From a virus (taxonomy: Duplodnaviria; Caudoviricetes), in the IMG/VR virus record IMGVR_UViG_3300028197_000002: DNA of 64,000 bases, one strand, 5' to 3'. The translations under genes and the position numbers were made by a program. Numbering within the stretch: the stretch's first letter is position 1; every line of letters starts with the position of its first letter. Shown piece after piece: positions 48,656-58,320 of this stretch. Below the pieces are notes generated by a model. That model saw only the letters and a program-made list of their open reading frames with translations, was not told the DNA's origin and searched no databases.

Positions 48656-50083
48656 ATGCAAGCAAACGCTAAATTTTTAAATGAAGCAAGAGAGCTTGAG
48701 TCTCGTTGGGCGCAAACCGGTTTGCTAGAGAACATCAATGACAAGTACACACGTTCTTGCACTGCCGTTCTTTTAGAAAACCAGAGGCTCATCAACGAAG
48801 CTTCTACTGACTCTGGTGATGTAAGCCAGTTCAAGAGAATCTCAATCCCTCTCGTAAGAAGAATATACCCACAGTTGATCGCAAATAAGGTCGTATCAGT
48901 TCAACCTTTACTTGGCCCAACTGGATTAGTTTATTACCTCAGATTCCGTTATGGAAGTAACAAGGGCGCTATTCGTGGTGCAACAAAAGCTGGATTCCCA
49001 GCTGATGATGCAAACTCGATGCAACAACTTGCTTCTGGTGATGGTAATCTTTCAGTTTACTACTCGCATCAGTTCGTTGAAAACGAAACTCAAGAAGATG
49101 CCGGTGGTGCAGCTGTTGTAAACCACGTTTTAGAGCATACTCCAGTTCTTGCTGGAACTCTAACAGGTACGGCTTATGACGGTGCAACTGCAGTTGCCAC
49201 ATTCGTCATTGACGAAAATGGTGCTGCAACTATGACCGACATTGGCACACCAGCAGTCACTGCTGATGACGCTGCTATTAACTTAACCACAGGCGCTTTG
49301 GATATCACATTCTCTGCTGACCCGGGTGTTAATAGTGTAGTTGTATCTTATGAGTACAACATGGAATGCAATGCTGATCTTCCAGAAGTCAATCTTGTTA
49401 TTGAAAGCGAAGAAATTGCAGCCAAAACTCGTAAGCTCAAAGCTGTTTGGTCATACGAAGCTCAACAAGATCTTCGTTCGCAGCACAATCTTGATGCAGA
49501 AGCTGAATTGACAGCTGTTCTTGCTCAAGAAATTAATCTTGAAATCGACCGTGAAGTTCTTGGTGACCTTCGCAACAATGCTGGTACAGTCGCTTCTTGG
49601 GACTTTAACACAGCACTTGGCGATACCATCAAAGAAAAATACGAGTCCCTCTATGTCAAAGTTGTTGAAGTCAGCAACGTTGTTCATCGTAAGACTCTTC
49701 GTGGTGGTTGTAACTGGATTGTCACAAGCCCAGAAGTTGCTTCGATCTTCGAAACAGCTACTGCCGGTTTTGCACCAGCTCCGGGTGAAGGTTTCACAAG
49801 TAGCCTCGGCATCCAGTATGTCGGCACTGTAAACAATCGCTGGAGACTCTATAAGGACCCACTTTTCCCAAGTGGTCAAGTTCTTATGGGTTACAAGGGT
49901 GATAGTTACATGGATAGTGGATACTTCTACTGCCCATACGTACCACTCACACAAACACCAGTGGTTCTCGATCCAGATTCCTTCTGCCCACGCAAGGGAA
50001 TTCTTACTCGATACGGCAAGAAATTACTCCGAGAAGGAGCAAAATTCTACGCCAGACTTTCGATTGCCAACTTCGTCATCTAA
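48656..50083 (+). CDS. gp23: Major capsid protein (T4 gp23-like)
   Basis: LLENQ, IPLVRR, VQPLLGPTGLVYYLR, AKTRKLKAVWSYEAQQDL, EINLEIDRE, FYCPYVPL, GILTRYG. Confidence 0.97.
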   Translation: MQANAKFLNEARELESRWAQTGLLENINDKYTRSCTAVLLENQRLINEASTDSGDVSQFKRISIPLVRRIYPQLIANKVVSVQPLLGPTGLVYYLRFRYGSNKGAIRGATKAGFPADDANSMQQLASGDGNLSVYYSHQFVENETQEDAGGAAVVNHVLEHTPVLAGTLTGTAYDGATAVATFVIDENGAATMTDIGTPAVTADDAAINLTTGALDITFSADPGVNSVVVSYEYNMECNADLPEVNLVIESEEIAAKTRKLKAVWSYEAQQDLRSQHNLDAEAELTAVLAQEINLEIDREVLGDLRNNAGTVASWDFNTALGDTIKEKYESLYVKVVEVSNVVHRKTLRGGCNWIVTSPEVASIFETATAGFAPAPGEGFTSSLGIQYVGTVNNRWRLYKDPLFPSGQVLMGYKGDSYMDSGYFYCPYVPLTQTPVVLDPDSFCPRKGILTRYGKKLLREGAKFYARLSIANFVI

Positions 50084-50110
50084 TTTTGACGATAATTTGG
50101 ATAAAAAAGA

Positions 50111-50141
50111 AGCCTTGGCCGGAAACGGCCAAGGTTTTTTT
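50111..50141 (+). terminator. Intrinsic terminator after MCP
   Basis: ccttggccg-gaaa-cggccaagg followed by TTTTTTT. Confidence 0.9.
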
Positions 50142-50151
50142 ATGTACTTTG

Positions 50152-50277
50152 CTAATCAGCTTTACTTTTTCTATTTTTAATAACTTTGGATTCTTCTCTT
50201 TTTAGTCCATAAAGCATTAGTAATGCAATTCCTAATTCAATTGCCCATGCTGTTATTCCCGCAAAAAATGCTTTCAT
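50152..50277 (-). CDS. 41-aa membrane peptide
   Basis: MKAFFAGITAWAIELGIALLMLYGLKREE...; directly follows the dipeptidase; not in the ORF track. Confidence 0.4.
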   Translation of the reverse strand: MKAFFAGITAWAIELGIALLMLYGLKREESKVIKNRKSKAD

Positions 50278-50279
50278 TT

Positions 50280-51464
50280 TTAATTTTTCCAACCATTTTC
50301 TAGTATTCTCATAGCATTAGAATACATTATTTTGTTTATAGTAGAATTGTGATATCCCATGCCTTCTAGGTATCTAACTATCCAAGGAAGATCTTCAACA
50401 TATGCTATTTCATCTGGAGGATCTGTAAATCCGTCAAAATCCGTACCTATAGCTGGAACTTCTTCTCCAGCAACATTTATTATATGATTTAAGGTTGATT
50501 CTACGTGATGAAGTCCTGACCCTTCTGGCTTGTGGGGAGAAAGCCAGTAATTCATAAATATAACACCTACAGTGCATTTTCTTTTAGCAAACCATTTAAG
50601 CTCATCATCAGATAAATTATACGGAAGTCTATGAAGTGCTTGTACGCCTACATGAGAAGCTATTACAGAGCAGTCTTTGTCGTAATCATCAACTATATTG
50701 TAAACATCTTGTCGGCCTTTAGGAGTTAAATGAGAAACATCTATTATCATTCCTATTTCTAGCATCTGCTTTGCTATTCGTTTTCCTAACTCTGTTAGTC
50801 CATATCTTTCATCCCAAGTTCTTCTTAAACTTACATAATTTTTAATTGTTTTTCTTTCTGGTTCTGGGTATGGGAAAACGCAAGATTTAGTTAATGGATT
50901 ATTATAAAAATGAGCGAGAGTAAGATAAGCACAACCTTTTTCACTTAGTTTATTCAAACATTCTGTAATCGAATATTCTGAGGATACTAGTGAATGACCT
51001 CCCTCGACAGAATGCACAACAGAAGAAATTCCTTTTTCTTGATTTTCAAACAACTCAATAGGATTTCTAGCTATTTTAATTCCAACTTCTTTTGAAATTT
51101 CTTTTTCTAAAAAATCCATCATTCCAATGCAAGCTTCATAAGGACTTGGATTCAATATTCTCTTTCTAAATAAAGGAGAAAATTTAGAAAGAAATTTTAT
51201 AAGTGGAACATCATTTAGCCATTCTTTTTCTAAAACATAAGTTGTAGCAAGAGTTACATTGATATTATCTCTGAGCAAAGGAATTGTACTTCTTTGACTT
51301 AAAGGCCAAAAACTATCTCTAAATAATTTTCCTAAAAACTTTCTTTTACTCAATGTTCTTTCAAGCATATATCCTTTTAAATGAACATGATTATGCAAGT
51401 CTACAATCTTTACTGGGAAATCGCTTGCAATGTGTCTGTCTGTCTTAAGCATATTACTAATCAT
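50280..51464 (-). CDS. Membrane dipeptidase (M19, amidohydrolase fold)
   Basis: DLHNH, HSVEGGH, LTLAH, DVSHL, ASHVG, IGTDFDG, KIMYSNAMR. Confidence 0.9.
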   Translation of the reverse strand: MISNMLKTDRHIASDFPVKIVDLHNHVHLKGYMLERTLSKRKFLGKLFRDSFWPLSQRSTIPLLRDNINVTLATTYVLEKEWLNDVPLIKFLSKFSPLFRKRILNPSPYEACIGMMDFLEKEISKEVGIKIARNPIELFENQEKGISSVVHSVEGGHSLVSSEYSITECLNKLSEKGCAYLTLAHFYNNPLTKSCVFPYPEPERKTIKNYVSLRRTWDERYGLTELGKRIAKQMLEIGMIIDVSHLTPKGRQDVYNIVDDYDKDCSVIASHVGVQALHRLPYNLSDDELKWFAKRKCTVGVIFMNYWLSPHKPEGSGLHHVESTLNHIINVAGEEVPAIGTDFDGFTDPPDEIAYVEDLPWIVRYLEGMGYHNSTINKIMYSNAMRILENGWKN

Positions 51465-51520
51465 ATGTACACTTTCTAAACAGACAACAATAACCTAAGT
51501 AATTTAAAATGTAAAGTTTA

Positions 51521-51565
51521 AAAATAAAAAAAGCCGGTTAACAACATTTCTATTGTTAACCGGCT
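51521..51565 (-). terminator. Intrinsic terminator closing the ncRNA
   Basis: 13-bp stem agccggttaacaa/ttgttaaccggct, with a U-run on the minus strand. Confidence 0.85.
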
Positions 51566-52545
51566 CTCTTAGGCAGAACTTTCAATTTTCAATCCGCTAA
51601 TCTTTTGGGACAAACGAATCGAGCAAACATAGTCCATCACTGTTATTGTAGTAAATCACGGGTACGTTTCTGCCGTTGTGCTTTTAAACACACCCTTGGC
51701 TTATTTTGCCAACCCATGAGTGATAGTCGTAGTCTTTTAGCAACTCACTTTTCCTTAGCACTAATCAATTTCTTGCAGAATACTTGCCTGTTACCAGCAG
51801 CCCCTTCTGCGATTCTTTTCATAGTGATCCAAATTAATTTACTCCTAAAATTTACCACAACTTTCCTGTTATTATCGTGTTCAGGCAGACACGTCGTTTC
51901 TAAGATCTTTTTTGCGATGTTTACACATCTGATCTAGGCTCAACATCATTATTCACTACCGCCGTAGTTGCTCTGCACAAGGCAGAGGGCTTATCGAAAA
52001 CAAACTACTGAGTTTTCGATTTATCCCATGATGCTTATAGGATTGTTCTCAAGTTCTTTTGAGTTACTTTTCTTTCAAAAAATAATGCGTTCTCAAATTT
52101 CTTTAAGTCATTTGCCAGACTTTAATTTTATAACTATTTCTAATTATAAAATTTATAACCTAGCCATCCCATAACCGAAGCTCATCGTAGAGTTCCAAAA
52201 AGACTCTGCTATTATTAAAAACAATTTCGAATGAAGTTATTTTATAATTAGCACATTCTTGCGAATGTACTAGCTTCAAGATTAAGGCACTCTTGCGAAT
52301 GCAAAACCTTTCAGCAATAGTTCGATCCTTTCGTTCTGCTTCTACTAAGAATTTACAAACTTAGCTTTCACAGACCCAGCTCAAATAGGGTTTTGGCTTT
52401 TGTACTTAAAAATCTGCTTTCACAGATAATTAACCAGCCCTACGATTTATTTTTTTCACAAGCATCTTTCGATACTTGCAAGGACTTTTTTCAATTGTCA
52501 AAGATCAATTCAATGAGTTGTTGCTTCCAACGTGTCATTGATGTT
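51566..52545 (-). ncRNA. Candidate large structured ncRNA (~980 nt; ROOL/GOLLD-class or novel)
   Basis: No credible ORF on either strand. Minus-strand tetraloop hairpins: GAAA (52458-52479, 52412-52427), GCAA (52287-52302, 52251-52270), cUUCGg (52171-52185), GUAA (51916-51929, 51788-51797). Further stems and long-range pairing (51572-51578 with 51668-51674). Bracketed by promoter and terminator. Confidence 0.75.
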
Positions 52546-52549
52546 TCCC

Positions 52550-52577
52550 AATATAACGATTGCGTTTCATGTTGCAA
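52550..52577 (-). promoter_or_regulatory. sigma70-like promoter driving the ncRNA
   Basis: TTGCAA (52572-52577), 16 nt, TATATT (52550-52555) on the minus strand. Confidence 0.55.
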
Positions 52578-52806
52578 GCCCCTTGTCACAAAAAAACAAG
52601 TATTTCTTTTCTACCTCTAAAAAATAAGGGCTTATGCTTTTATTTCTTTGCAAAAATCTGTTTCAAAGTCTCTTCAAAACTCTAAAACTTTTTCTTTAGT
52701 TCAATCACAAAGGCTATAAATTCAACTTTATTTTTAATATTATTATTAAAAATAAAATAAAGCTTTATTTTTAATACATATTTCCAAAGGAATTTGGAGG
52801 TATTTT

Positions 52807-53652
52807 ATGAAAATAATTATATTTTTAATTGCTCTATTCTTTGCAATTTCACCTTGTTTAGCTGGAACTATAGAACCCGGAGTTCCTGATTCAAAATACT
52901 TAAAGTATGGAGAAAAGCACAATTGCGTACTCCCAATAATGGGACATTACGCCGATTCACTAAACAGATCTTTCAAAGGATCATGTGTATTAATTAGTGA
53001 AAATTATATCTTAACTGCTGCTCATGTGGTTTATGGCTCAATGACTCAGTATGTGGTTTATGAAGGGAAAGCCTATCCACTAAGCATTGTCGCTGTTCAT
53101 GCAGGGTTTGATCCAAAAAAAATGGGAACAAATGATATCGCAATAGGAAGACTGCAAAGGCCAATAAAATTAGATTTTTATCCAGAAATTTATAATAAAA
53201 AAGACGAGAAAGGCAAAGTGTGCAGTATGGCTGGATATGGAAACACAGGAACTTTTGACACTGGTTGGAAGCCAGAAAAATACGATCATAAAAAAAGAGC
53301 TGGATCTAATATGATTTTTAATATCGAAAAAAATTGCTTGTTGACATCAGTAACCGATCCTTCTGGTACCGATCTTGAATTTCTCATAGCTCCCGGAGAT
53401 TCAGGAGGAGGTTTATTCATTGACCAGAAGCTCGCAGGAATCAATTCAGCGGTAATTGCCGCAGACGGCAACCCAAACAGCGATTATGGCGATTTGGGCT
53501 GTCACACGCGTGTCAGTGACTATGTGGAGTGGATCTCAAAAACCCAAGAATTAATTGAAGTTCTTATTGATCTAGAGGAAAAACAAAAAGAAAAGAAGGA
53601 TGAGTTGCCGGAACTACTAAAAAAAGCAATTCGATCTAGAAAAGAAAGTTAA
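52807..53652 (+). CDS. Trypsin-like serine protease with signal peptide
   Basis: ILTAAHVV, NDIAIGRL, GDSGGGL; hydrophobic N-terminus with CLA cleavage-like site; GGAGG RBS. Confidence 0.92.
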   Translation: MKIIIFLIALFFAISPCLAGTIEPGVPDSKYLKYGEKHNCVLPIMGHYADSLNRSFKGSCVLISENYILTAAHVVYGSMTQYVVYEGKAYPLSIVAVHAGFDPKKMGTNDIAIGRLQRPIKLDFYPEIYNKKDEKGKVCSMAGYGNTGTFDTGWKPEKYDHKKRAGSNMIFNIEKNCLLTSVTDPSGTDLEFLIAPGDSGGGLFIDQKLAGINSAVIAADGNPNSDYGDLGCHTRVSDYVEWISKTQELIEVLIDLEEKQKEKKDELPELLKKAIRSRKES

Positions 53653-53722
53653 TAAATTAAAATTAATTTATTTATTAATAGTAAATATTTTTGGTTAATT
53701 AACAACGAACAAGGAGGTCGTT

Positions 53723-53914
53723 ATGGCTGATAAAGCAAAAGAATTTGATGGGAAAGAGCTTGCTCTTTTATTTACCACAATAATATTGCCGCCACTAGGC
53801 GTTTTTCTTCAAAAGGGAATAAGCGCTCATTTCTGGCTTAATTTAATTTTAACTTTTTTTGGTTTTTGGGTTTGTGGAATTGTTCATGGACTATATGTAC
53901 TACTCAAAAAATAA
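53723..53914 (+). CDS. YqaE/Pmp3 (UPF0057) small membrane protein
   Basis: ILPPLGVFL...FWLNLILTFFG..GIVHGLYV; GGAGG RBS. Confidence 0.88.
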   Translation: MADKAKEFDGKELALLFTTIILPPLGVFLQKGISAHFWLNLILTFFGFWVCGIVHGLYVLLKK

Positions 53915-53977
53915 TTGAATTAAAACACGTTATTCTCACACTAAATACCAAGTAGTTTCTTATGGACTTCGAAACTC

Positions 53978-54631
53978 TTGGTATTTTTTATGAATAAATC
54001 TGATGTGAACTGGGTATTCCCCAAGCTTTTTCCTGTTGTTGTTTTGACATTTATTTTAATGATATTTTTATCTTCAAGAATACTCTATGTCGAACACATT
54101 TCATCAAGCTTAAAGGCAACCGAATTTATTGTAAACAAACCATATCTTGTCGTCATTGCTGAAATGGCCGACAAAGAGTCTCTTGAAAAAGCTGTTCAAA
54201 ATAGTGGCTCTAAATTAATTAGCAAAGAATGGAAGGATTTCAATTTAATTCAACCTGATCGTAGGTTGCGATTAAAAGAGTACAGGCTTATTGGAGATTT
54301 GTATTTCAAAGTTTCAACAAATGACAGTAGCTTGGGAAATTTAGTTTTAAATTTTAATCAAAAAGTAAATCTAAATAAAAAAGAATTCAAAATAGAAACT
54401 AAATTAAATAAAGAAAACAAAAAAGTTTTAAAGTATGACAAGTTGATTACAATATCTCCTACTTCCGACAAGATTTTTAATACAGTTAAAATAAAAATAA
54501 CAAGTGAACTAAAAGTAAAAAACGAAATACCTTTTTTTGCAAATAAAATAATGGATGAAAAAGTAAAAAGATCAAATGAATTAGACTTAGAAAAAACTAA
54601 AAATTTCTTACTTGATAAATTAAACAAATAA
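53978..54631 (+). CDS. Membrane-anchored protein, possible START/SRPBCC-like fold
   Basis: N-terminal TM helix; beta-rich core with C-terminal helix (weak). Confidence 0.35.
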   Translation: MVFFMNKSDVNWVFPKLFPVVVLTFILMIFLSSRILYVEHISSSLKATEFIVNKPYLVVIAEMADKESLEKAVQNSGSKLISKEWKDFNLIQPDRRLRLKEYRLIGDLYFKVSTNDSSLGNLVLNFNQKVNLNKKEFKIETKLNKENKKVLKYDKLITISPTSDKIFNTVKIKITSELKVKNEIPFFANKIMDEKVKRSNELDLEKTKNFLLDKLNK

Positions 54632-54640
54632 ATTAAATAA

Positions 54641-55573
54641 ATGAAGCCTCTTTCAATATGCATGCTATCTCACCCTAGATCTGGTTCCACACGCCTCATA
54701 GATATCATGAGCAGCCATAATACTTGGCGCAAAGGCAACATAATAACAAAACATCCTAATTTTTTTCCTGAAATTAAAAAACGTAAAGGCACGTTGAGTT
54801 TAGGAGAATTTTTTAGACAAGATAGAATTAAAAACTCATTCGCAACAACCTTTAAAAGTTTAAATGTAGTAAAGGAGTCTAAGTCTATTCTTACTGCTAT
54901 GGAATTTTTAAAACTTAAAAAAATACTCAACGAAGATTTTGGAATTAATTTTCTCACCAAAGTTTTTCAAAACCATATACCTTTGGGCTTCTACAATTCG
55001 GCAGTGGACGGGATGCCGAATAAAGAGATGGTGGAAAGTGCATATTTAACCATAGAAGACCTTATTGGATTTAATGAAATTGTTATTTTGAACTATCGAA
55101 ACAATCTATTAGAAACATGCGTAAGTCACATGATGGCCCCCAAAATAAATCATTGGAATGTTCGTGATGACAAAGAAAAGAAAAAATATGACAATAAATA
55201 TAAAAAGACAAAAATATTTTGGAATAAAGAAGGTTTCATATCATACAGCAAAAGAACTAAAAAATTCATTAATACTTTAGAAACAGAACTGAAAAGAAGT
55301 AATAAAAAATATATAAAAATAAATTATGAGGAAATGTCTTCTTGGGAAAATCCTCAAAATGAAATTCAAAATAAATTAAAATCTATAGGCTATGAGGATC
55401 TTTCAACTTACGATTCTCCATGTAGAAAGTTGTCGCCTGTTTTTAATTCAAAAATTTTCAAGAATGAAAAAAATTTTTTAAAGGACTATTCAGAAATCAA
55501 AGAATTTATTTACATGCATCCTCAACTCCCACGCCCTGTGCGAAGATCATCCAACTACAAAACATTATTTTAA
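54641..55573 (+). CDS. Sulfotransferase-family protein (Stf0-like)
   Basis: SHPRSGST PAPS-binding loop, LNYRNNLLETCVS, INYEEM. Confidence 0.75.
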   Translation: MKPLSICMLSHPRSGSTRLIDIMSSHNTWRKGNIITKHPNFFPEIKKRKGTLSLGEFFRQDRIKNSFATTFKSLNVVKESKSILTAMEFLKLKKILNEDFGINFLTKVFQNHIPLGFYNSAVDGMPNKEMVESAYLTIEDLIGFNEIVILNYRNNLLETCVSHMMAPKINHWNVRDDKEKKKYDNKYKKTKIFWNKEGFISYSKRTKKFINTLETELKRSNKKYIKINYEEMSSWENPQNEIQNKLKSIGYEDLSTYDSPCRKLSPVFNSKIFKNEKNFLKDYSEIKEFIYMHPQLPRPVRRSSNYKTLF

Positions 55574-55708
55574 ATTATTTTTCGTGGTCTTTTTTTCTTG
55601 CTTGTCTTTTACGACTTTAGATTTTTTACCAAAAATATCTTCCCAGTTAGCCTCAAATTTCTTTCTACTGACAGAGAAAGGTCGAGAAGTAGATCCTTTG
55701 CCATTCAT
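55565..55708 (-). CDS. 47-aa basic phage protein (GKGSxxRP type)
   Basis: MNGKGSTSRPFSVSRKKFEANWEDIFGKK; GGAG RBS; not in the ORF track. Confidence 0.6.
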   Translation of the reverse strand: MNGKGSTSRPFSVSRKKFEANWEDIFGKKSKVVKDKQEKKTTKNNLK

Positions 55709-55749
55709 TTTAACTCCAAATAAAAAATTATATTATTTATAATATAGTT

Positions 55750-56250
55750 TTATTTTTTGAATTTTGAATTGTTCCACTCTCCATACAATCTGTAAGCTTT
55801 TTCGGACTCTTTGCTATTTAAATTTCCATCATCCAAATATTTACGAATATCTTTTTCCTCCCATGGACTAGGATCTGTGTAATAGTATTCCCAAGTTTTC
55901 CATCTTACTCTTGTTGAATCTATTTTTTCTATTTCTTTACCTTCTAAATCTGTGTAAGTGAACTTACATATATAAAATTCTTCTCCAAGCAATCCATCTT
56001 CCACCACAGTGAAATTTTCTGGACTATTGTTAAAAGCCCAAACTCTAAACCGACCCCAGTTTTTAACTTGCTGGCAAGTTTTCTCATTGAACTCTGTCGG
56101 GTAAAATATATTTTCTATTGATTTTTGTACTAAATTACTTTTCCAACCAAGCCATTCGGCATTGCAAATAACACCAATAGATAATCCAATAAAAATTAGA
56201 AAAAATTGATAAAATAATGTTCTGCACACTGTTTTAAGTATAATCATCAT
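55750..56250 (-). CDS. Membrane-anchored hypothetical protein
   Basis: N-terminal TM segment. Confidence 0.5.
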   Translation of the reverse strand: MMIILKTVCRTLFYQFFLIFIGLSIGVICNAEWLGWKSNLVQKSIENIFYPTEFNEKTCQQVKNWGRFRVWAFNNSPENFTVVEDGLLGEEFYICKFTYTDLEGKEIEKIDSTRVRWKTWEYYYTDPSPWEEKDIRKYLDDGNLNSKESEKAYRLYGEWNNSKFKK

Positions 56251-56303
56251 CGTCCCCTATATTAAAATAAATTATATTAATATATATTAATTAAAAATCA
56301 AAT

Positions 56304-57155
56304 ATGTATGAACTTGTTATATGTGTAATAATAAAAGATGAATTAGATATAGATGAATGGATTTTTTACCATCAAGAAATAGGCTTTGATCACATATACA
56401 TTTATGATAATAATGATACTCCCGTGAACTTGGAGCATCATGATAACTTAACTCATATTCATTTTCCCGGCGAAGTTCAACAATTCAATGCTTATTCTAA
56501 TTGGATTGAAAATTATAAATATGAATCTGAATACGTTTGCGTAATTGACGCAGATGAATATGTTGTTTTCAATTCGAACTACGACTCTGTCAAAGAAGTT
56601 TTAAAACAGCTTCCAGAAGATCACAATTCACTAATATTAAATGGCAAGTTATTCGTCAATGAAAATGAAAAAAGAGAACAAGGATTGATTTTAGAAAAAA
56701 GTTTAACTTGGCAAAAGTTTTTGTATAGAGAAAAATGGAAAGATGATCCTTTTTTAATTAATTATTCAAAGTCTGTGAAGACGCTTTCTAAAACAAATTT
56801 AATTAAAGAAATTGACAATCCACACACATTTAAGTATTATACAAGTCAGAAAAGCTACGCAGGTGATTTAGTGTCCGAATGTGTCGTTGAAAACTTTTCG
56901 TATTACTTAAAAGAAGAACCACAAATTTGGATTAATCACTATTATATAAAGAGCCTTTCTGAATTTCGTCATAAGTGTTTAGTTCGAGGCAGAGCTACTA
57001 CTAATGAAAAAAGAAATCTCAAAAAAGAACTTAATGGAAGCACTGTGCGGTACAACCCAAATTCTATTTTTGACTCTGAGCCTACTGAAATAGTTTTATG
57101 GAAAAATAAAGTAAAGGAAAGAATAAATGAAGTTGTCGAATCAAGAAATTATTAA
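56304..57155 (+). CDS. GT2/GT92-like glycosyltransferase
   Basis: ICVIIKDE..IDEWIFYHQEIGFDHIYIYDNN, VIDADEY, INHYYIKSLSEF..K..RG. Confidence 0.85.
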   Translation: MYELVICVIIKDELDIDEWIFYHQEIGFDHIYIYDNNDTPVNLEHHDNLTHIHFPGEVQQFNAYSNWIENYKYESEYVCVIDADEYVVFNSNYDSVKEVLKQLPEDHNSLILNGKLFVNENEKREQGLILEKSLTWQKFLYREKWKDDPFLINYSKSVKTLSKTNLIKEIDNPHTFKYYTSQKSYAGDLVSECVVENFSYYLKEEPQIWINHYYIKSLSEFRHKCLVRGRATTNEKRNLKKELNGSTVRYNPNSIFDSEPTEIVLWKNKVKERINEVVESRNY

Positions 57156-57486
57156 TTGTGTTGTTGGCCTAAATCAATTGGCCCAAAAAGAATTCCCTTT
57201 AGCAACAGCTTTTAAGGTGGAGAATTTAAGAAAAGCTTTAGAGCCTTTTGCTGTAAGTGCAACAAAATTAATTGATGACATTAAAAGAGAACATGCAATT
57301 TCTATAAAGGGAAGCAAAGTAGAGTTTCGGCCAGAAGATGTAGAGTTAATCAATGAAAAGATTAATGAAATTGCCAATTCCACTAAAGACTTTGATGATA
57401 ATCTCAAAATACCAATATCCAGCATCCCCACAGAATCAGAAATATCCCCAAATGTAATTAAGCTTGTTTGGGAGGTTTTAGAATAG
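57127..57486 (+). CDS. Hypothetical helical phage protein
   Basis: LNQLAQKEFPLATAFKV pattern common in phage small proteins. Confidence 0.5.
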   Translation: MKLSNQEIINCVVGLNQLAQKEFPLATAFKVENLRKALEPFAVSATKLIDDIKREHAISIKGSKVEFRPEDVELINEKINEIANSTKDFDDNLKIPISSIPTESEISPNVIKLVWEVLE

Positions 57487-57878
57487 TGCTCTCCTTAGCA
57501 GAATATAAAAATTCTAAGAACATAAATTATTTAATTGCCAAGCTATTTGAATCAAGGCAAGTTTCTCATAATGTTCACTTGCAAACAAAAAGCTACAGTG
57601 AGCACAAAGCTTTAAATGAATTCTACGATGAGATTTTAGAATTTACTGATACGCTTGTCGAGTCCTATCAAGGGCAATATGGGATAGTAAAAGGATACGA
57701 GAAATTAATTCAAATAGAACCTGTCGAGGATATAGTTGAATATCTTAATGATTGTGTGAAAATGTTTGAAATAAGCAAAAAGTCTATTAACGAAAATGAT
57801 TCGCATATTAAAAATATCATGGAAGAAATAATATCATTGACATACAAAACTTTGTATAAACTAAAAAACTTGAAATGA
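57468..57878 (+). CDS. DUF5856-like ferritin-fold phage protein (start uncertain)
   Basis: SHNVHLQTKSYSEHKALNEFYDEI..LVESYQGQYG..YKLKNLK. Confidence 0.65.
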   Translation: MGGFRIVLSLAEYKNSKNINYLIAKLFESRQVSHNVHLQTKSYSEHKALNEFYDEILEFTDTLVESYQGQYGIVKGYEKLIQIEPVEDIVEYLNDCVKMFEISKKSINENDSHIKNIMEEIISLTYKTLYKLKNLK

Positions 57879-58246
57879 AGCCAGAATTTACTAAGCCAAA
57901 AATAGTCGAAAAATCATGGGGTAGAGAATTGTGGATTCGAAATACCTCCAGTTATTGTGGCAAAATTCTTGAGTTCGATAAAGATAAGCATTTTTCTATG
58001 CATTATCATCTTAAAAAAGAAGAAACTTGGTTTGTTTTGAATGGAAGTTTTTTAATGGAATATTTCGATCTTGAAAAAGCTATTAGAAAAAACAAACAAA
58101 TAAAAAAAGGAGACGTAGTTCATCTGCGGATGGGAGTGTTGCATAAACTTACCGCCTTAGAAGATGGAAAGATTATGGAAGTATCGACAGAACACTTTGA
58201 TAGCGATAGCTACAGAGTAGAGCCATCATATTTGGTGAAAATGTAG
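57875..58246 (+). CDS. Cupin, sugar-isomerase-like
   Basis: VEKSWGRE, SMHYHLKKEETW, LHKL, EVST..DSYR. Confidence 0.85.
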   Translation: MKPEFTKPKIVEKSWGRELWIRNTSSYCGKILEFDKDKHFSMHYHLKKEETWFVLNGSFLMEYFDLEKAIRKNKQIKKGDVVHLRMGVLHKLTALEDGKIMEVSTEHFDSDSYRVEPSYLVKM

Positions 58247-58320
58247 AATGAAAATTTATAAATTTAATTTCATAAACAATATATACTTCTGTAATGAAAC
58301 TTTAACATAGGAGGTTTATA

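Noticed and set aside
48969-50180. Antisense and off-frame ORFs within the major capsid gene
   Set aside because: Shadows of a strongly codon-biased, highly expressed gene.
51532-51570. Group II intron domain V (GAGCCG...)
   Set aside because: It is a perfect 13-bp hairpin followed by a U-run, i.e. a terminator; no DV bulge geometry, no GUGYG 5' end, no interrupted gene.
51605-52620. Plus-strand ORFs 51605-51937, 51968-52174 and 52393-52620
   Set aside because: Non-ATG starts, no RBS, atypical composition; they are antisense to the structured RNA candidate.
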